From: Octopus vulgaris
Lineage: Eukaryota
Direction of reading: 5' to 3'
Length of the DNA stretch: 64,000 nt
Assembly: GCA_951406725.2 (NCBI GenBank)
Contig: OX597834.1
Span: forward strand, 35,402,001 to 35,466,000
How positions within the stretch are numbered: the stretch's first letter is position 1; each line of letters begins with the position of its first letter. Below the pieces are notes generated by a model that saw only the letters and a list, made by a program, of their open reading frames with translations, searched no databases and was not told the origin of the DNA. A program made the translations under genes and the position numbers. This document shows positions 24,156-36,100 of this stretch, in pieces.

Positions 24156-24475
24156 GCCTCTCCCTCCCTCTCCTCCCACTCCAGTTTATGCTCTCTGTAT
24201 ATCTTTCTTTCCCTCTTCGTCTTACGCTGTATATATCTCTCTCTCTCTTTTCGTTCCTCACACTGTCGCTTTGTTCCCCTCTCTCTTTAATCACTTTCTT
24301 TCTCTGTGTTATTTGTTTTTCTCGTAATTTCTTCCTGAGTTTTAATATCTATTCTTTCCGATCTATTTATCGTTCGTTTATTTATTTTATAAGAGGTAAT
24401 AAACTCTCCCTGTGTTTTTTATTAACTTTCTTTGAAGTTATTGGCACATAGACAAGTTCGATAGATAAATACATA

Positions 24476-24523
<48 letters not shown>

Positions 24524-25298
24524 GAAAGAGAGGGAGTCACTGAAGAGAGTGAGGCAAAAGAGGAGGTATGTAAGAAAGTTGGAATTACAGGAAGAGACAG
24601 AAGAGGAGAGTAAGAGATAAAGAGGGAATGGGTATAGGGATTAACAGAAAAATAAATGAATAAAATTAAAGATAAACCCTAAAATGAAAGGGAACTGGAG
24701 AAGGGATTCCGAGGCTTAAACATGAGTGAAAGAGAGAGAAAGAGAGGAAGACATAAATATAGGGAGTGTGAGTTAGAAGAGAAGTGAAGGGAAGAGTAGA
24801 AAAGACATAGAGAAAAGGGAAAAGAATAAAGAGAAGGGAGGAAAAAGTAGAAAGAAAAAGAAAAAGGAAAAGAAATGAGCTATGTGAAAGAAGTAAAAGT
24901 TTTTGAAAGAGAAACGATAAACTAAAGAAAAAGAAAGTAAAAGAGCGAATAAATTGGAAAGAAAGATTGTAAAACGAGAAAGGGAAATAAAGTCAAACAA
25001 AATCTTTTCAAAGTAAAACACGGGGAATGACGGAAAAAGACGAAGAAGAAAAAGAAAGCGGAGAATTAAGGGACATGAGACAGAATAATAGGATAAGGGA
25101 ATAACTGGAAGAGAGATAGAAGGAATGAAGTAAAAGGAACAGTAGATGGTCAGGAGCTAACGAAAATGTCATAAGGCGATACTTAGATCTACCTCCATTC
25201 ATTACTCTCAGCTTAAAAGTATATCTCATGATTTTTAATGGATTTACTCTCATACAATGTTTAACGTCTGCTGGCGTTTGTTTAGCATCCGATCGTTT

Positions 25299-25312
25299 GT
25301 TTCTATGGCAAC
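25299..25312. promoter_or_regulatory. RFX X-box motif
   Basis: GTTTCT-AT-GGCAAC fits GTHNYY-AT-RRNAAC; in unique sequence beside TGTTTA forkhead-like cores. Confidence 0.4.
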
Positions 25313-25504
25313 AAGCAGCCGGTAACTTGTCAAGGGAGGGAATTAAGAAAATCTGAATTGGAAGTTATTTCCCTTGGAAAAGAATTTTTTTGTCAACTTA
25401 ACCAAACTATTTTAATTTAGTCAATCACTTAGCATTTAAACCGGCCGTATAAGGGCCGAATATTCCGGCATATGTACATAAGAGTGCTACTCTCCGACTT
25501 TGTT

Positions 25505-25796
25505 GGTACTACTTCAGAAGAGTGGTCTCGGTGCGCGCACTCACGTACTCGCGCATCCGCACTATCTAGTCATGACTAGTCGATCCTACACCGACTAAGC
25601 AAAGTAAATAAAACAAAAGTAAATAATTTTTTTAAAACAAAGTAAATAAAACACAAAAACACAAAGTAAATAATTGTTTTTAAACAAAGTAAATAAAACA
25701 AAAACACAACGTAAGGATCGACTAGTCACGACTAGCTAGTGCGGATGCGTGAGTACGCGAGTGCGCGCACCGGGACCACTTTCCTTAAGTAGTACC
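25505..25796. mobile_element. Merlin-like MITE, copy 2
   Basis: Same TIRs as 23097-23305, 9-bp TSD GACTTTGTT, internal AAAGTAAATAA repeats. Confidence 0.85.
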
Positions 25797-25981
25797 GACT
25801 TTGTTTCCTCATAATTTTCAGAAAAAAAGTGGATGTTTGTTTTGCGTGAAACTTTCTACAAATAACTTTTAGATGAAGTAAATTACAATTATATCGGACA
25901 AGAAACCTTCCCGAGTAGTGAAAAAACCTTGGCCGTGCATAAAGGACACACACACACACACACACACACAGTGAATTTTAT

Positions 25982-26177
25982 GGCGTAACTTCGGTATAAT
26001 TACCGGTGTAAGTACTGGAAGTACCGGATACATTTCAAGAAAGTGTTTTTTTATATGGGGGGGGGGGTTAGGGTTTGTCTTAGGGTTAGGGTTAGGGTTA
26101 GGGGTGGGAGAAAAGGGTTTCTGTTATCTTCACACATGTAAACAAAGTCACGTATGTACTTATACCGAAGGATCGCC
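25982..26177. mobile_element. MITE with internal (TTAGGG)n, Merlin-like, copy 2
   Basis: GGCGTAACTTCGGTATAA / TTATACCGAAGGATCGCC, perfect 8-bp TSD AATTTTAT; inverted homologue of 15357-15539. Confidence 0.8.
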
Positions 26178-26513
26178 AATTTTATATATTAAGGTTTAAT
26201 GGGTAAAAATTTTGGTGGGCGCGCACCCATACGTACAGACCCTCTTATCACCTAAAATGAAGCTCGAAATTTTGAAAAAATATGCGACTTGTATCAGTAT
26301 GGGATATGGGAGCGCCCATCAGTTACTTTTCACATTGAATTCCCTTATAATCATAATCCACGCCATCTGAAAGGCATTTGTGGAAAATTTCATTAAAGAC
26401 AAAATGGAACAGTGAGGACAAGAAGAAACACGTGGGGCAGAGAACCGCTGTAGAGGTTACAGAATGTGTAACGAAAGGGCTCTGACAAATTACTATGAAT
26501 AATATTCCTAGAC

Positions 26514-26714
26514 CAGTGGTTCCCAAACTATGAGTCGCGACGACCCACAGATGGGTCGCGAACGGAATCTTAGAGGATCGCAAAAAGTTATAAAATTACG
26601 CATTAGCTTTGATTAGCTGCTGTCTATCGAGATAGTTCAAGACTTATAAATGGGTCGTCATAAACTGGTGTGATAAATAGTTGGTCGCGACTCTAAAAAG
26701 TTTGGGAACGACTG
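26514..26714. mobile_element. hAT (Charlie-like) MITE
   Basis: TIRs CAGTGGTTCCCAAAC / GTTTGGGAACGACTG, perfect 8-bp TSD TCCTAGAC. Confidence 0.88.
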
Positions 26715-26798
26715 TCCTAGACTTTTAAAGGCACAAGGCCTGAAATTTGGGGTAAGAGACTAGTAGTCGATAACATCGACCCCAGTGTTTCACTGGTA

Positions 26799-28200
26799 GG
26801 GGAGACCGGAGCAAGTTGACTACAAGTTAGTATAAGCTTCCCCCTCATTTGATTTCGTCGCCGTTGTGAGAGTTTGATAATTAGTTATTTTGGATATTGT
26901 TTAAGACTGCATAATGTGTATTAAACCTTAAGGAGTTAGTAAAATATCTCTCACGACCCTATACAAATGGATCCTTGCGGAACCCTAGTGGTTTTCTCTC
27001 AGTGTTTACATTTACGAGGGAAACGGGGTCGAGGCAAGTTGACACATGGAAACAGGGGCACATTGACACAGTGTGTCAACTTGCCCCGGCCTGTGATAAA
27101 GTTGTTGTAGGTTGCTTACATTGATTCACAGACTGTATCTAACCCATTTTAACAAAGAGTGTTTGTTATTTGATTCATGTCTGGTACATTGGAACAATTC
27201 ATTGAGTAATTTATGCATTGCCTGCTATAGTTTTCGACCAGCTATCTTTATCTATACCAACCTATTCTATCTTCATACCACTACCTACGTAGTCAACAGC
27301 TTGTATACTGCCTCAGCTTTGTAACCTGTACCAATGATATATAAGCATGAAGTTATGCCGTGACCAGGCATGCTTGAAACTAAAAAAGTAGGTAATCACT
27401 CAGAGCTTCGTTTTGCATTCGCTGTTGGATTATGCAGTGAGCTAAATTGCTTTTTTTCCCTCCTTCTCTCTCTCTCTTTACAGACCTAGATCTAACATTG
27501 TCATTGTCACTACAAACGTAAGAGCGAGAGGGCAACTCTTCCACAGGATGTAATCCAACAGGCTATTCAACAGGTCCGAGCTCGTGTTATCTCCTTGCGG
27601 GAAGCTTCGAGGATATTTGGCATCCCTTTAAAATCTCTGTCTCGCTACTGTACCAAGGCCGCTGAAGCAAACAACAACGATCACAGTCTTAGTGGATACA
27701 AAAAGCCACGGCAAGTTCTCACCGACGAGTTCGAGAATCAGTTAGAGACTTATGTTTTGGCTGCCGCAGAAATTTACTATTGGCTTGCTCCAAAGGATGT
27801 GCGGAAATTGGCTTTTCAGATGGCAAAGGCACATGGATGTAATATCCCTCCAACCTGGCATGAGACAGAAATGTCAGGTGAAGACTGGTTCTCTGGATAT
27901 CTTCAACGACACAAGAATTTATCCATGAGAAGACCACAGGCAACAAACTTGTCACGAGCAGCAAGTTTCAACAAGACAAATGTTGCTATGTTTTTCAACC
28001 AACTTGCTGAGGTGATGCTTCGGTATAAATTTGATCCATTCAATATCTACAACATGGATGAAACTGGCAAAACAACTGTGCAGCGTCCCGATAGAATTAT
28101 TGCCAGAAAAGGAACAAAGCAAGTGGGAAAAATGACAAGTGTGGAGAGGGGAACTCTGGTTACATTGGCATGCTGTGTAAATGCCACTGGAAACAGCATA
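26799..28200 (+). mobile_element. pogo/Tigger-like DNA transposon, 5' half
   Basis: Starts TA|GGGGAGACCGG inside a SINE B; subterminal GGCAAGTTGACAC repeats; truncated transposase downstream. Confidence 0.8.
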
Positions 28201-28212
28201 CATAGCATATAA
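27500..28212 (+). pseudogene. Truncated pogo-family transposase (psq-type HTH, CENP-B HTH, start of DDE domain)
   Basis: HYKRKSER..LREASRIFGIP..SLSRY; VRKLAFQMA..GEDWFSGYLQRHKNLSMRRP; IYNMDETG..ERGTLVT..CVNATGNSI, then breaks off. Confidence 0.88.
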
Positions 28213-28845
28213 AGGTTTAAAAAAGGTGGCGGGGAGGATGATAGGGGTGTAGCCCAACTGATACAGGAAGACCTCTAGAGATAATCGAGGAACCCCACTG
28301 TCTGAGATGTCCCTGAACACCAAGAGCAAGAGCCCTCTCCAGTCCCTACTCTCCGACACACAGGTCTTCACTTAGAGAGGTACCATCCACTCTTGCCATT
28401 TTCACAACTTTCACCCAACTTTCAATAAACTCACTCGAGGACAGCACTTCCCTCTCCACTCTCATTTACTTTTCAAGTGAAACTCGAAAAAGTCAATGAG
28501 AGCTTTACCAAAGAGGAATGTATCTGTCCCCCAAACAATCTCTTTCGCCACAATCACCAGGCGACGGAAAACTGCCTTGCCTGTCCGACTGAAGGACTAA
28601 AAGATGAGCCTCAAACCGGCTCATATTCATTTGGGATGGTGCCGACCTCCTTCATTTCGGAGGCGTCAGACGCCATAATGGTGACATCGTCTACGTATGT
28701 CGACGCTGCCCTTCCTTGTCACAGTTCGAAATGGATGCCTCTTAGCTGTTCCATCTTTCGCAACAGTGGATCGAGTGCCAATACGTACAGAAGAGGCGAC
28801 AAGAGCAGCCCTGATGGACTGAGCGTGCGATGTCAAACGGGTTTG
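28210..28845 (-). mobile_element. Tx1/L1-clade LINE remnant (RT fragment fused to C-terminus and 3'UTR)
   Basis: Minus strand PFDIARSVHQGC/LSPLLYVLALDPLLRK..STYVDDVTI, then jumps to ..FFEFHLK..VEREVLS..WVKV; frameshifts and stops. Confidence 0.75.
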
Positions 28846-29579
28846 TAATAAAAGCTATAGTGAAGATCAAATAGATGGTGCGTGTGTTTAAAAGGCAAAA
28901 GAGGATCATCCTCAAATATAACAATATTCATTAATATCAATTTTTCAGAAAATTATTAGGAAATAAAGTCGGTGAGAAGAGGCGCACACTTGAGTAGAAT
29001 ATTCCCTCTACAAGTAGCCCAAGGTTAGAATAGAAAACGTGGGTATAAGGCTTTGGTTGGCCCGAGGCTATAGTAGAAGACACTTGCCCAAGGTACTACG
29101 CAGTGGGACTGAACCCGGAGCCCGGAACCGGTTGGTAAGCAAGCTACTTACCACACAGCCACTCCTACGCTATCTAGCAATATCATTTTAAAAATAAACA
29201 ATTGCATCATCGAAATCTCGAAGCTACGAGATAATGCATGATTAATTGAACAAATAAGCATTATATTTGACAGAGTAATCTGAATGCTAAATAGATGCTT
29301 GGTGTGATTTTAATGAAAATTAAGCCATTATTTGTATTACGACAAGCAAACACACAGAAGCTTTGTCGTTGGCTCATCTCAAGGCAGAAGTTCACTGTGT
29401 ATCTTTTGTCAAACAGTGAAACAGATTTGTTCGTGTCGATGGTTCCTTCGTTATTTCAACCCAGATGCTAAATGATATGGAATGCATAAGGGGACAGCAA
29501 CCCCCTCCTCGAGGAGTGCAATTGTGAATGGCGTATGAAATTTCGGTGCCTTCCTATTATCGAAAGCCAATACTCTTTA

Positions 29580-29971
29580 CTCTCTCTTACTTGTTTCAGT
29601 CATTTGATTGCGGCCATGCAGGAGCATCGACCCCGGGACTTATTCTTTGTAAGCCCAGTACTTATTCTATCGGTCTCTTTTGCCGAACCGCTGAGTTACG
29701 GGGACGTAAACACACCAGCATCGGTTGTCAAGCAATGCTAGGGGGACAAACACAGACACACAAACACACACACACACACATACATATATATATATATTTA
29801 CATATATACGACAGGCTTCTTTCAGTTTCCTTCTACCAAATCCACTCACAAGGCTTTGGTCGGTCCGGGGCTATAGCAGAAGACACTTGCCCAAGATGCC
29901 ACGCAGTGGGACTGAACCCGGAACCATGTGGTTGGTTAGCAAGCTACTTACCACGCAGCCACTCCTGCGCC
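29580..29971 (-). mobile_element. SINE family A
   Basis: Near-consensus copy. Confidence 0.88.
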
Positions 29972-31021
29972 AATGTTTACTTTACGAAAGGATTGGTAAA
30001 TAAAACTATTCAATCTTGTTAGAATGGTGAAACAGTTGGTCGGCTGACCCTTAGAATAACTATCATTACCTCGTGGAGGAAAGTACCGGTAAAAAAATTT
30101 ACCGGAAAAGGGTACAGAGTTGGAGGGCAAAAATGTAAGAAATTAAATGTTTGGAACAAATAAAAAAGTGAAAAAAACTTTCACAGAAAGAAGCAATTAC
30201 CCCATCCCCAACCCTTTTCCTACTCCACGAAGTTGAGATATTTTCCCCGAAAGACCATCGATCAACTACTACACCCGCGTTTTCTATTCTAGGCATAATG
30301 TACCTTGGGCTACATTATCCAGTGTGTTCTTTCTCTATCTCTCTCTCTCTCTACACACACACACACACACTCTCTCTCTCTTCCTCTCTCTTATTCTCTT
30401 CATTCCCTCATTCTCTCTCTCTTCCTCTTCCTCCCCTTCTCTCTCTTTTCAAAACGGTAAGATGTGATTTGAAGGTGATTTGGCAGCTATTTCTAGTAAA
30501 CGGGTCGACCACATTGGAGTTCTTTGGAGTTGGAAGAGAAAATGTCTAATTAATTTGTGTCTAGGATTATTCTATTTTTCGGCTATGTAAATATTTGTAG
30601 TGTCGGTGGCGGTGTAGTATGGTGGTGGTTGTGACAATGATAGTAGCGGTTGTAGCGGCAGTGGCGGTAGTGTTGGCGGTGACGATCTATCACACGGGTT
30701 CCCAACTATCGGTCTGCGGCCCAGTACCGGGCCACACAGAAAGAATACATTTTATTTCTTATTGACTATTGCAGCTTACTGGGTGCTTTTGTAGTTAGGC
30801 GCAGGGAAGTTTTTGTGTTAAGAATTTTGCTTTCCAAACACATGGTTCTGGGTTCAGTCCCACTGCGTGGGGCCTTGGGCAAGTGTCTTCTACTATAGCC
30901 TTGCGCGAACCAAATGCTGATGAATGGATTTGGTAGACAAAAAACTGAAAGAAGCACGGCATATATCTGTATGTATGTATCTATCAATCTATCTATCTAA
31001 ATATATACTATATGAATGAGA

Positions 31022-31408
31022 GTGGAGGCGCAATAGCCCAGTGGTTAGGGCAGCGGACTCGCGGTCATAGAATCGCGGTTTCGATTCCCAGACCGGGCGT
31101 TGTGAGTGTTTATTGAGCGAAAACACCTAAAGCTCCACGAGGCTCCGGCAGGGGATGATGGTGATCCCTGCTGTACTCTTTCACCACAACTTTCTCTCAC
31201 TCTTACTTCCTGTTTCTGTTGTACCTGTATTTCAAAGGGCCGGCCTTGTCAATCTCTGTGTCACGCTGAATATCCCCGAGAACTACGTTAAGGGTACACG
31301 TGTCTGTGGAGTGCTCAGCCACTTACACGTTAATTTCACGAGCAGGCTGTTCCGTTGATACGGATCAACCGGAACCCTCGTCGTCGTAACCGACGGAGTG
31401 CTTCCAAC
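31022..31408 (+). mobile_element. SINE family C, tail variant 2, full length
   Basis: tRNA-like head; 12-bp TSD ATATGAATGAGA (31010-31021 / 31409-31420). Confidence 0.9.
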
Positions 31409-32995
31409 ATATGAATGAGAAAATGAAGAAAATGGAGAGAATTGACTTACAGACGTTATTTATTTAAAGACATTTAAATTCATACACAGAAATTCCTACC
31501 TACAGCTGTTTCTACAACCAATCGCTTCAAATACAGAATGTCTTTAAGTAAATAACGCATGTACGTCAATTTTTCTCCATTTTCTCATCAATAAAGTATT
31601 TTAGATACCTATATGTTTCAATGATAAACTAATATAGTTTTTTTTTTACACCGAACGCTGGTACAAACTGGAGAACTAGGATGCTTGCATCCCTTAAGGG
31701 ACTTTAGTTCATGGAAAAATGTAAGCATGAAAAGTAATATTCTTAAGATTATAAACCGGGAAAAGTACAGGACAAGTTATTACACCTGCAAAAATATAGG
31801 ACATGCTATCACTTCTAGTAAAGAATAAGAAACGTTTTACTTATTCTCCCATCCTTCTCGAGATCTTGACCAAAACAAGCAACTAAACCGGTCTGCCGGT
31901 GAAGTAACCAATTCACGATGTTGGTCGGCGGCGGCATAGAAACTACGTCTTCAAAATGTTGGGCTGCAAAACTTCAGACTTGTTCGGGTTAATTTTCGTT
32001 CTTGCCAACGCCTCTAATTCTTTGTGACCTGATCTCGTTTAATTGGTAAAACAATAGGGTTTGGATCCAATTCCAGTTCCCAGTTGGAATAAAAGACATT
32101 CCATTTCCATATGAAACAAAAAGGTTGAGTTACATTAAGAATATATTGTAGACACTGGGTGAATGTTTATCTTCGAATGGGTTTTCCTTATGATAATGTG
32201 CGTACGTGCGTTTTGTATGAGAGTGTGTATGTGTGAGTGTGTGTGTGTACATGTATATGTGTGTATGTGTGTGTGCGTGCTTGTCTGTGTGTCAGTCTGC
32301 TTGTGTGTGTGTGAATGTGCTTATGTGTGTGTGTGTGTGTGCTTATGTGTGTGTGTGTGTGTGTGTGCTAGTCTGTGTGCGTGTATGTAGTTTGTGTGTG
32401 TGTGTGTGTTCGCTCGCGCTTCTGGGAATATCTGTATGTGTGCGCGTGTGCATGTGTGTATGTGTATATGCGTGTGAGTGTGTGTGTGAGTTTGTGTGAG
32501 AGTGTATGTGCATGTGTGTGTGTGTGCGTATGTATGCGTGTGAGTGTATTTGTGTTTGTTTGTGTAATCTCTATTGCTTACGATGTAGGATGTGTCCATG
32601 GAGAGGAAGAGAAAGAAAGAGATAAACAGCGAGAGAGGGGAGAGAGAGGGGGAGAGAGGGAGAGAGAGAGAGCGAGGGAGAAAGAGAGAAAGAGAGAGAG
32701 AAGTAGGAAGGCAGACGAAGTAGGAAGAATATGGAAGAAGAGGCGGTGGTAAAGTTGGAAAAATGAGGAAAAAGAGAGAGAGAGGTAAAGAAGAGAGAGA
32801 TAGCAAAAAGGACAGAGAGAGAGAGAGGGAGAGAGAGGAAAGAAGAGAAAGAAGATAGGGGAGAAGAGTATAGAGAAAGGACAAGAGAAGAGGACAGAGA
32901 GGGGAAGAGAGGTGAGAAAGAGAGAGAAGGAAGGCAGAGAGGGAAGAGAAAGGGGTAGAGAGGGGAGAGAGAGAGAGAAAGACAGAGTAAGAAAG

Positions 32996-33034
<39 letters not shown>

Positions 33035-33239
33035 GATAGATAGATAGAGATAGATAGATAGATAGATAGAGAAAGAGAGAGAGGGGGAGAAAGGGAGAGT
33101 CGCAGGCTGGCTGACAGAGCGAAAAATAGGAAAAACTCAGAGACAGAGAATTAATTATCGAAAGAGGAAGAAGCAGAAAAAGGGAATAAACGAGAAATGA
33201 ATCATTGAAATACAAACAGCTGATATGAATAGGTATGAA

Positions 33240-34125
33240 ACCAGTTAACTGGCCTCGTGTCGTGAACACGAGTTAACAGACCTGACACTGTGAACACGAG
33301 TACACTGATATATGATGTTGTAAACATTAATTAACAGACTTGATACTGTGAATACAATATGATATCTTAAACACCAGTTAACAGGCCTGATATCGTGAAT
33401 ACGAATACACAGATATGAGGTCGTAAATATCAGTTAACGGACTTGACACTATGAACATCCATTAACAAACGTGCGGTTGTGAATGTTATTTAATAGACAA
33501 TGTTGTGAACACCGGCTAATAGATGTGACGTGGTGAACACCTGTTCACGTACCTGATAATATGGTGAACACGAGGACACAGATATAACGTCGTAAACACC
33601 AGCTAAGAGACCTGATGAAATGAACATAAATACATGGATATGATGTCGTAAACAACAGTTAACAACCCTGATTCTGTGAATACCAGTTAACAGACCTGAT
33701 GTCGTGAACACAAATACATAGGTATGATGTAAACAGAAGTTAACAGAGCTGATATCATGAACAATAAACAGTCCTGATACTGTGAACACTAGCTAACAAA
33801 CCTGATATAGAAAACACCAGTTAACAAACATGATGTCGTGAGTACCGTCTAACAAACCTGATACTGTGTACACAAGTGAACAGACCCGATGTCATGAACA
33901 CCAGTTAACAGACCTGAACAGTATCTAGCAGATTTGATTCTGCCAACACTAATTAACAAGTCGCATAATGCGAACATCAGTTAACAGGCCGGATACTGTG
34001 AACTCGCGTTTAGAAGCTTGATACATTGAATACCAGTTAACAAAGCTGACGTCGTGAACAGCATTTAACAAAGCTGACATCATGAATACTATTATAATTA
34101 ACGGCGCTGATACCGTGAACACCAC
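33240..34125 (+). repeat. Degenerate minisatellite of about 28 bp
   Basis: Consensus about GTGAACACCAGTTAACAGACCTGATACT, roughly 25-30 diverged copies. Confidence 0.8.
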
Positions 34126-35182
34126 TCGATAGTGCCCACACTTTTTCAAGTAAAAGTCAGTTGTGAGATGTAATTGAAATTTAGTTCATGTTGTTGTTGA
34201 TGATGATGTTATTGCTGCTGCCGTTGTTATTGTTGATATGGTTTCTGTTATTGTTGTTGTTTTTGTTGTTGCTGCTGTTGTTGTAGTTGCGTAGTCCATG
34301 ATTAGCCCTAATCGAGTAGAACTGTGGTGATTAAAAGCGTTCTAATTGTCTTTTTGTTTTCAGTCACAGTATTTGAACTCAGAACGTTCTGAGTTCAAAT
34401 TCCCCGCGGCGCGTTGTGTCCTTGAGCAAGACATTTTATTTCACATTTCTCCAGTTCACTCAGCTGGCAAAAAACGAGTTGTACCTGTAATTCAAAGGGT
34501 CAGCCTTGTCGGATTCTGCTCCTTGAGAACTATGTTAAGGGTATACGTGTCTGTGGAGTACTCAGCCACTTGCATGTTAATATCACGAGCAGGCTGATTC
34601 ATCGATCAGATCAACCGGAACCCTCATCGTCGTAAGCGACGGAGTGTTTAACCAAAGTGGGGGCCCAAATTCCGACAGACCTATTAAGATGAAACCGTTT
34701 TCATCTATGATTTCCCCTCCTCTCCATCATATTTCTTTTAATGCACAGAACGACATCGTCGTCCGATCTGTCCTCCTGTCTTTCTATCTTTCGGCGTTTG
34801 GGCGTGTTTTGAGGAAGAGTTGCTGCTATTTTCAGCTGTCGGCTGAACGTGTAAAGGCTCCCGCTCTCACCTTCGTCAGTTATTTTCTGTTATCGTGTTA
34901 CTGCTAGGCGTTACTTCCTATTTCATTGAATTCAAAATTCCTTTGAAATTCATCAGTAAAAATATCGGAAGTCGATGACTCGATTATTGCTCAGCGGAGG
35001 AAATAGTTAAGTGAAGGAATTTTCGACAATTTACACCGCGACTTCTTTAATTAAAAGTGTTTAAGTGATTAGACATACCGTGTAGTCCCTGTCACTCACC
35101 GAACACTTTGAAGAACGGAGTCATACGAACTGCGAACTACTTAAAATTCCGTTATGTCTTTAAGTAACACAATTGCCTGCTT

Positions 35183-35885
35183 GTTATCTCCGCCTTCGCT
35201 AAGGCGGAGGTATAAGGCGGAGGTATTGTTTTAAGGTCGGCAAGCTGGCAGAAACGTTAGCACGCCGGGCGAAATGCGTAGCCGTATTTCGTCTGCCGTT
35301 ACGTTGTGAGTTCAAATTCCGCCGAGGTCGACTTTGCCTTTCACCCTTTCGGGGTCGATTAAATAAGTGCCAGTTACGCACTGGGGTCGATGTAATCGAC
35401 TTAATCCGTTTGTCTGTCCTTGTTTGTCCCCTCTGTGTTTAGCCCCTTGCGGGTAATAAAGAAATAGGTATTGTTTTAAGGCGGCAAGCTGGCAGAAACG
35501 TTAGCACGCCGGGCGAAATGCTTAGCGGTATTTCGTCTGCCGTTACGTTCTGAGTTCAAATTCCGCCGAGGTCGACTTTGCCTTTCATCCTTTCGGGGGT
35601 CGATTAAATAAGTACCAGTTACGCACTGAGGTCGATATAATCGACTTAATCCGTTTGTCTGTCCTTGTTTGTCTCCTCTGTGTTTAGCCCCTCGTGTGTA
35701 GTAAAGAAATAGGTATTTCGTCTGTCGTGTTTGTTTGTTTGTTGGTTTATCCGTGGACAAGATATCTCAAGAACCACTGGATGGATTCGGATGAAACTTT
35801 CAGTGATGTTTGGCCTCATGACTGGCACGAACTGATTAGATTTTGGGATCGATCTGATACCGGACAATGATTCTGGATGGCTTTT
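35183..35885 (+). mobile_element. Helentron/HINE-like element interrupted by two SINE B copies
   Basis: TTATCTCCGCCTT..AAGGCGGAGG 5' hairpin, then after the SINEs (GTTT)n and GATATCTCAAGAACCACTGGATGGATTCGGATGAAACTT; classification from remembered HINE architecture. Confidence 0.5.
35232..35725 (+). mobile_element. Two adjacent SINE family B copies
   Basis: Copies at 35232-35470 and 35477-35725, each preceded by GGTATTGTTTT. Confidence 0.88.
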
Positions 35886-35904
35886 TTTAATATCTTCTTT
35901 ACTT

Positions 35905-36100
35905 TACATCATGCTCGGAATGGTCAGTGGCAATGGTCAGAGGAAGAGGCCGACCAAGAACCCGCTGGCTTGACACCATCAAGAGGGATACCGGAATGGA
36001 CATAGCCAATCTGAAAGAAGCGGCCCGGGATAGAACTGACCGGAGGACACTGATCCATCGAGTGACCGAGAGTCGACTTCGACTGAAAGGATAGAGAGAG
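35905..36100 (+). mobile_element. RTE/BovB-like LINE 3' end
   Basis: RGRGRPRTRWLDTIKRDTGMDIANLKEAARDRTDRRTLIHRVTESRLRLKG*. Confidence 0.85.

Noticed and set aside
2159-30022. Recurrent ORFs such as [28 protein letters not shown]
   Set aside because: Antisense translations of SINE family A, not a protein family
31022-31095. tRNA-like sequences with A and B boxes
   Set aside because: They are SINE heads that continue into SINE bodies with TSDs; no clean cloverleaf or terminator
31850-32030. Possible Tx1 RT remnant on the minus strand (TKINPNKSEVL)
   Set aside because: Single weak motif, otherwise unalignable
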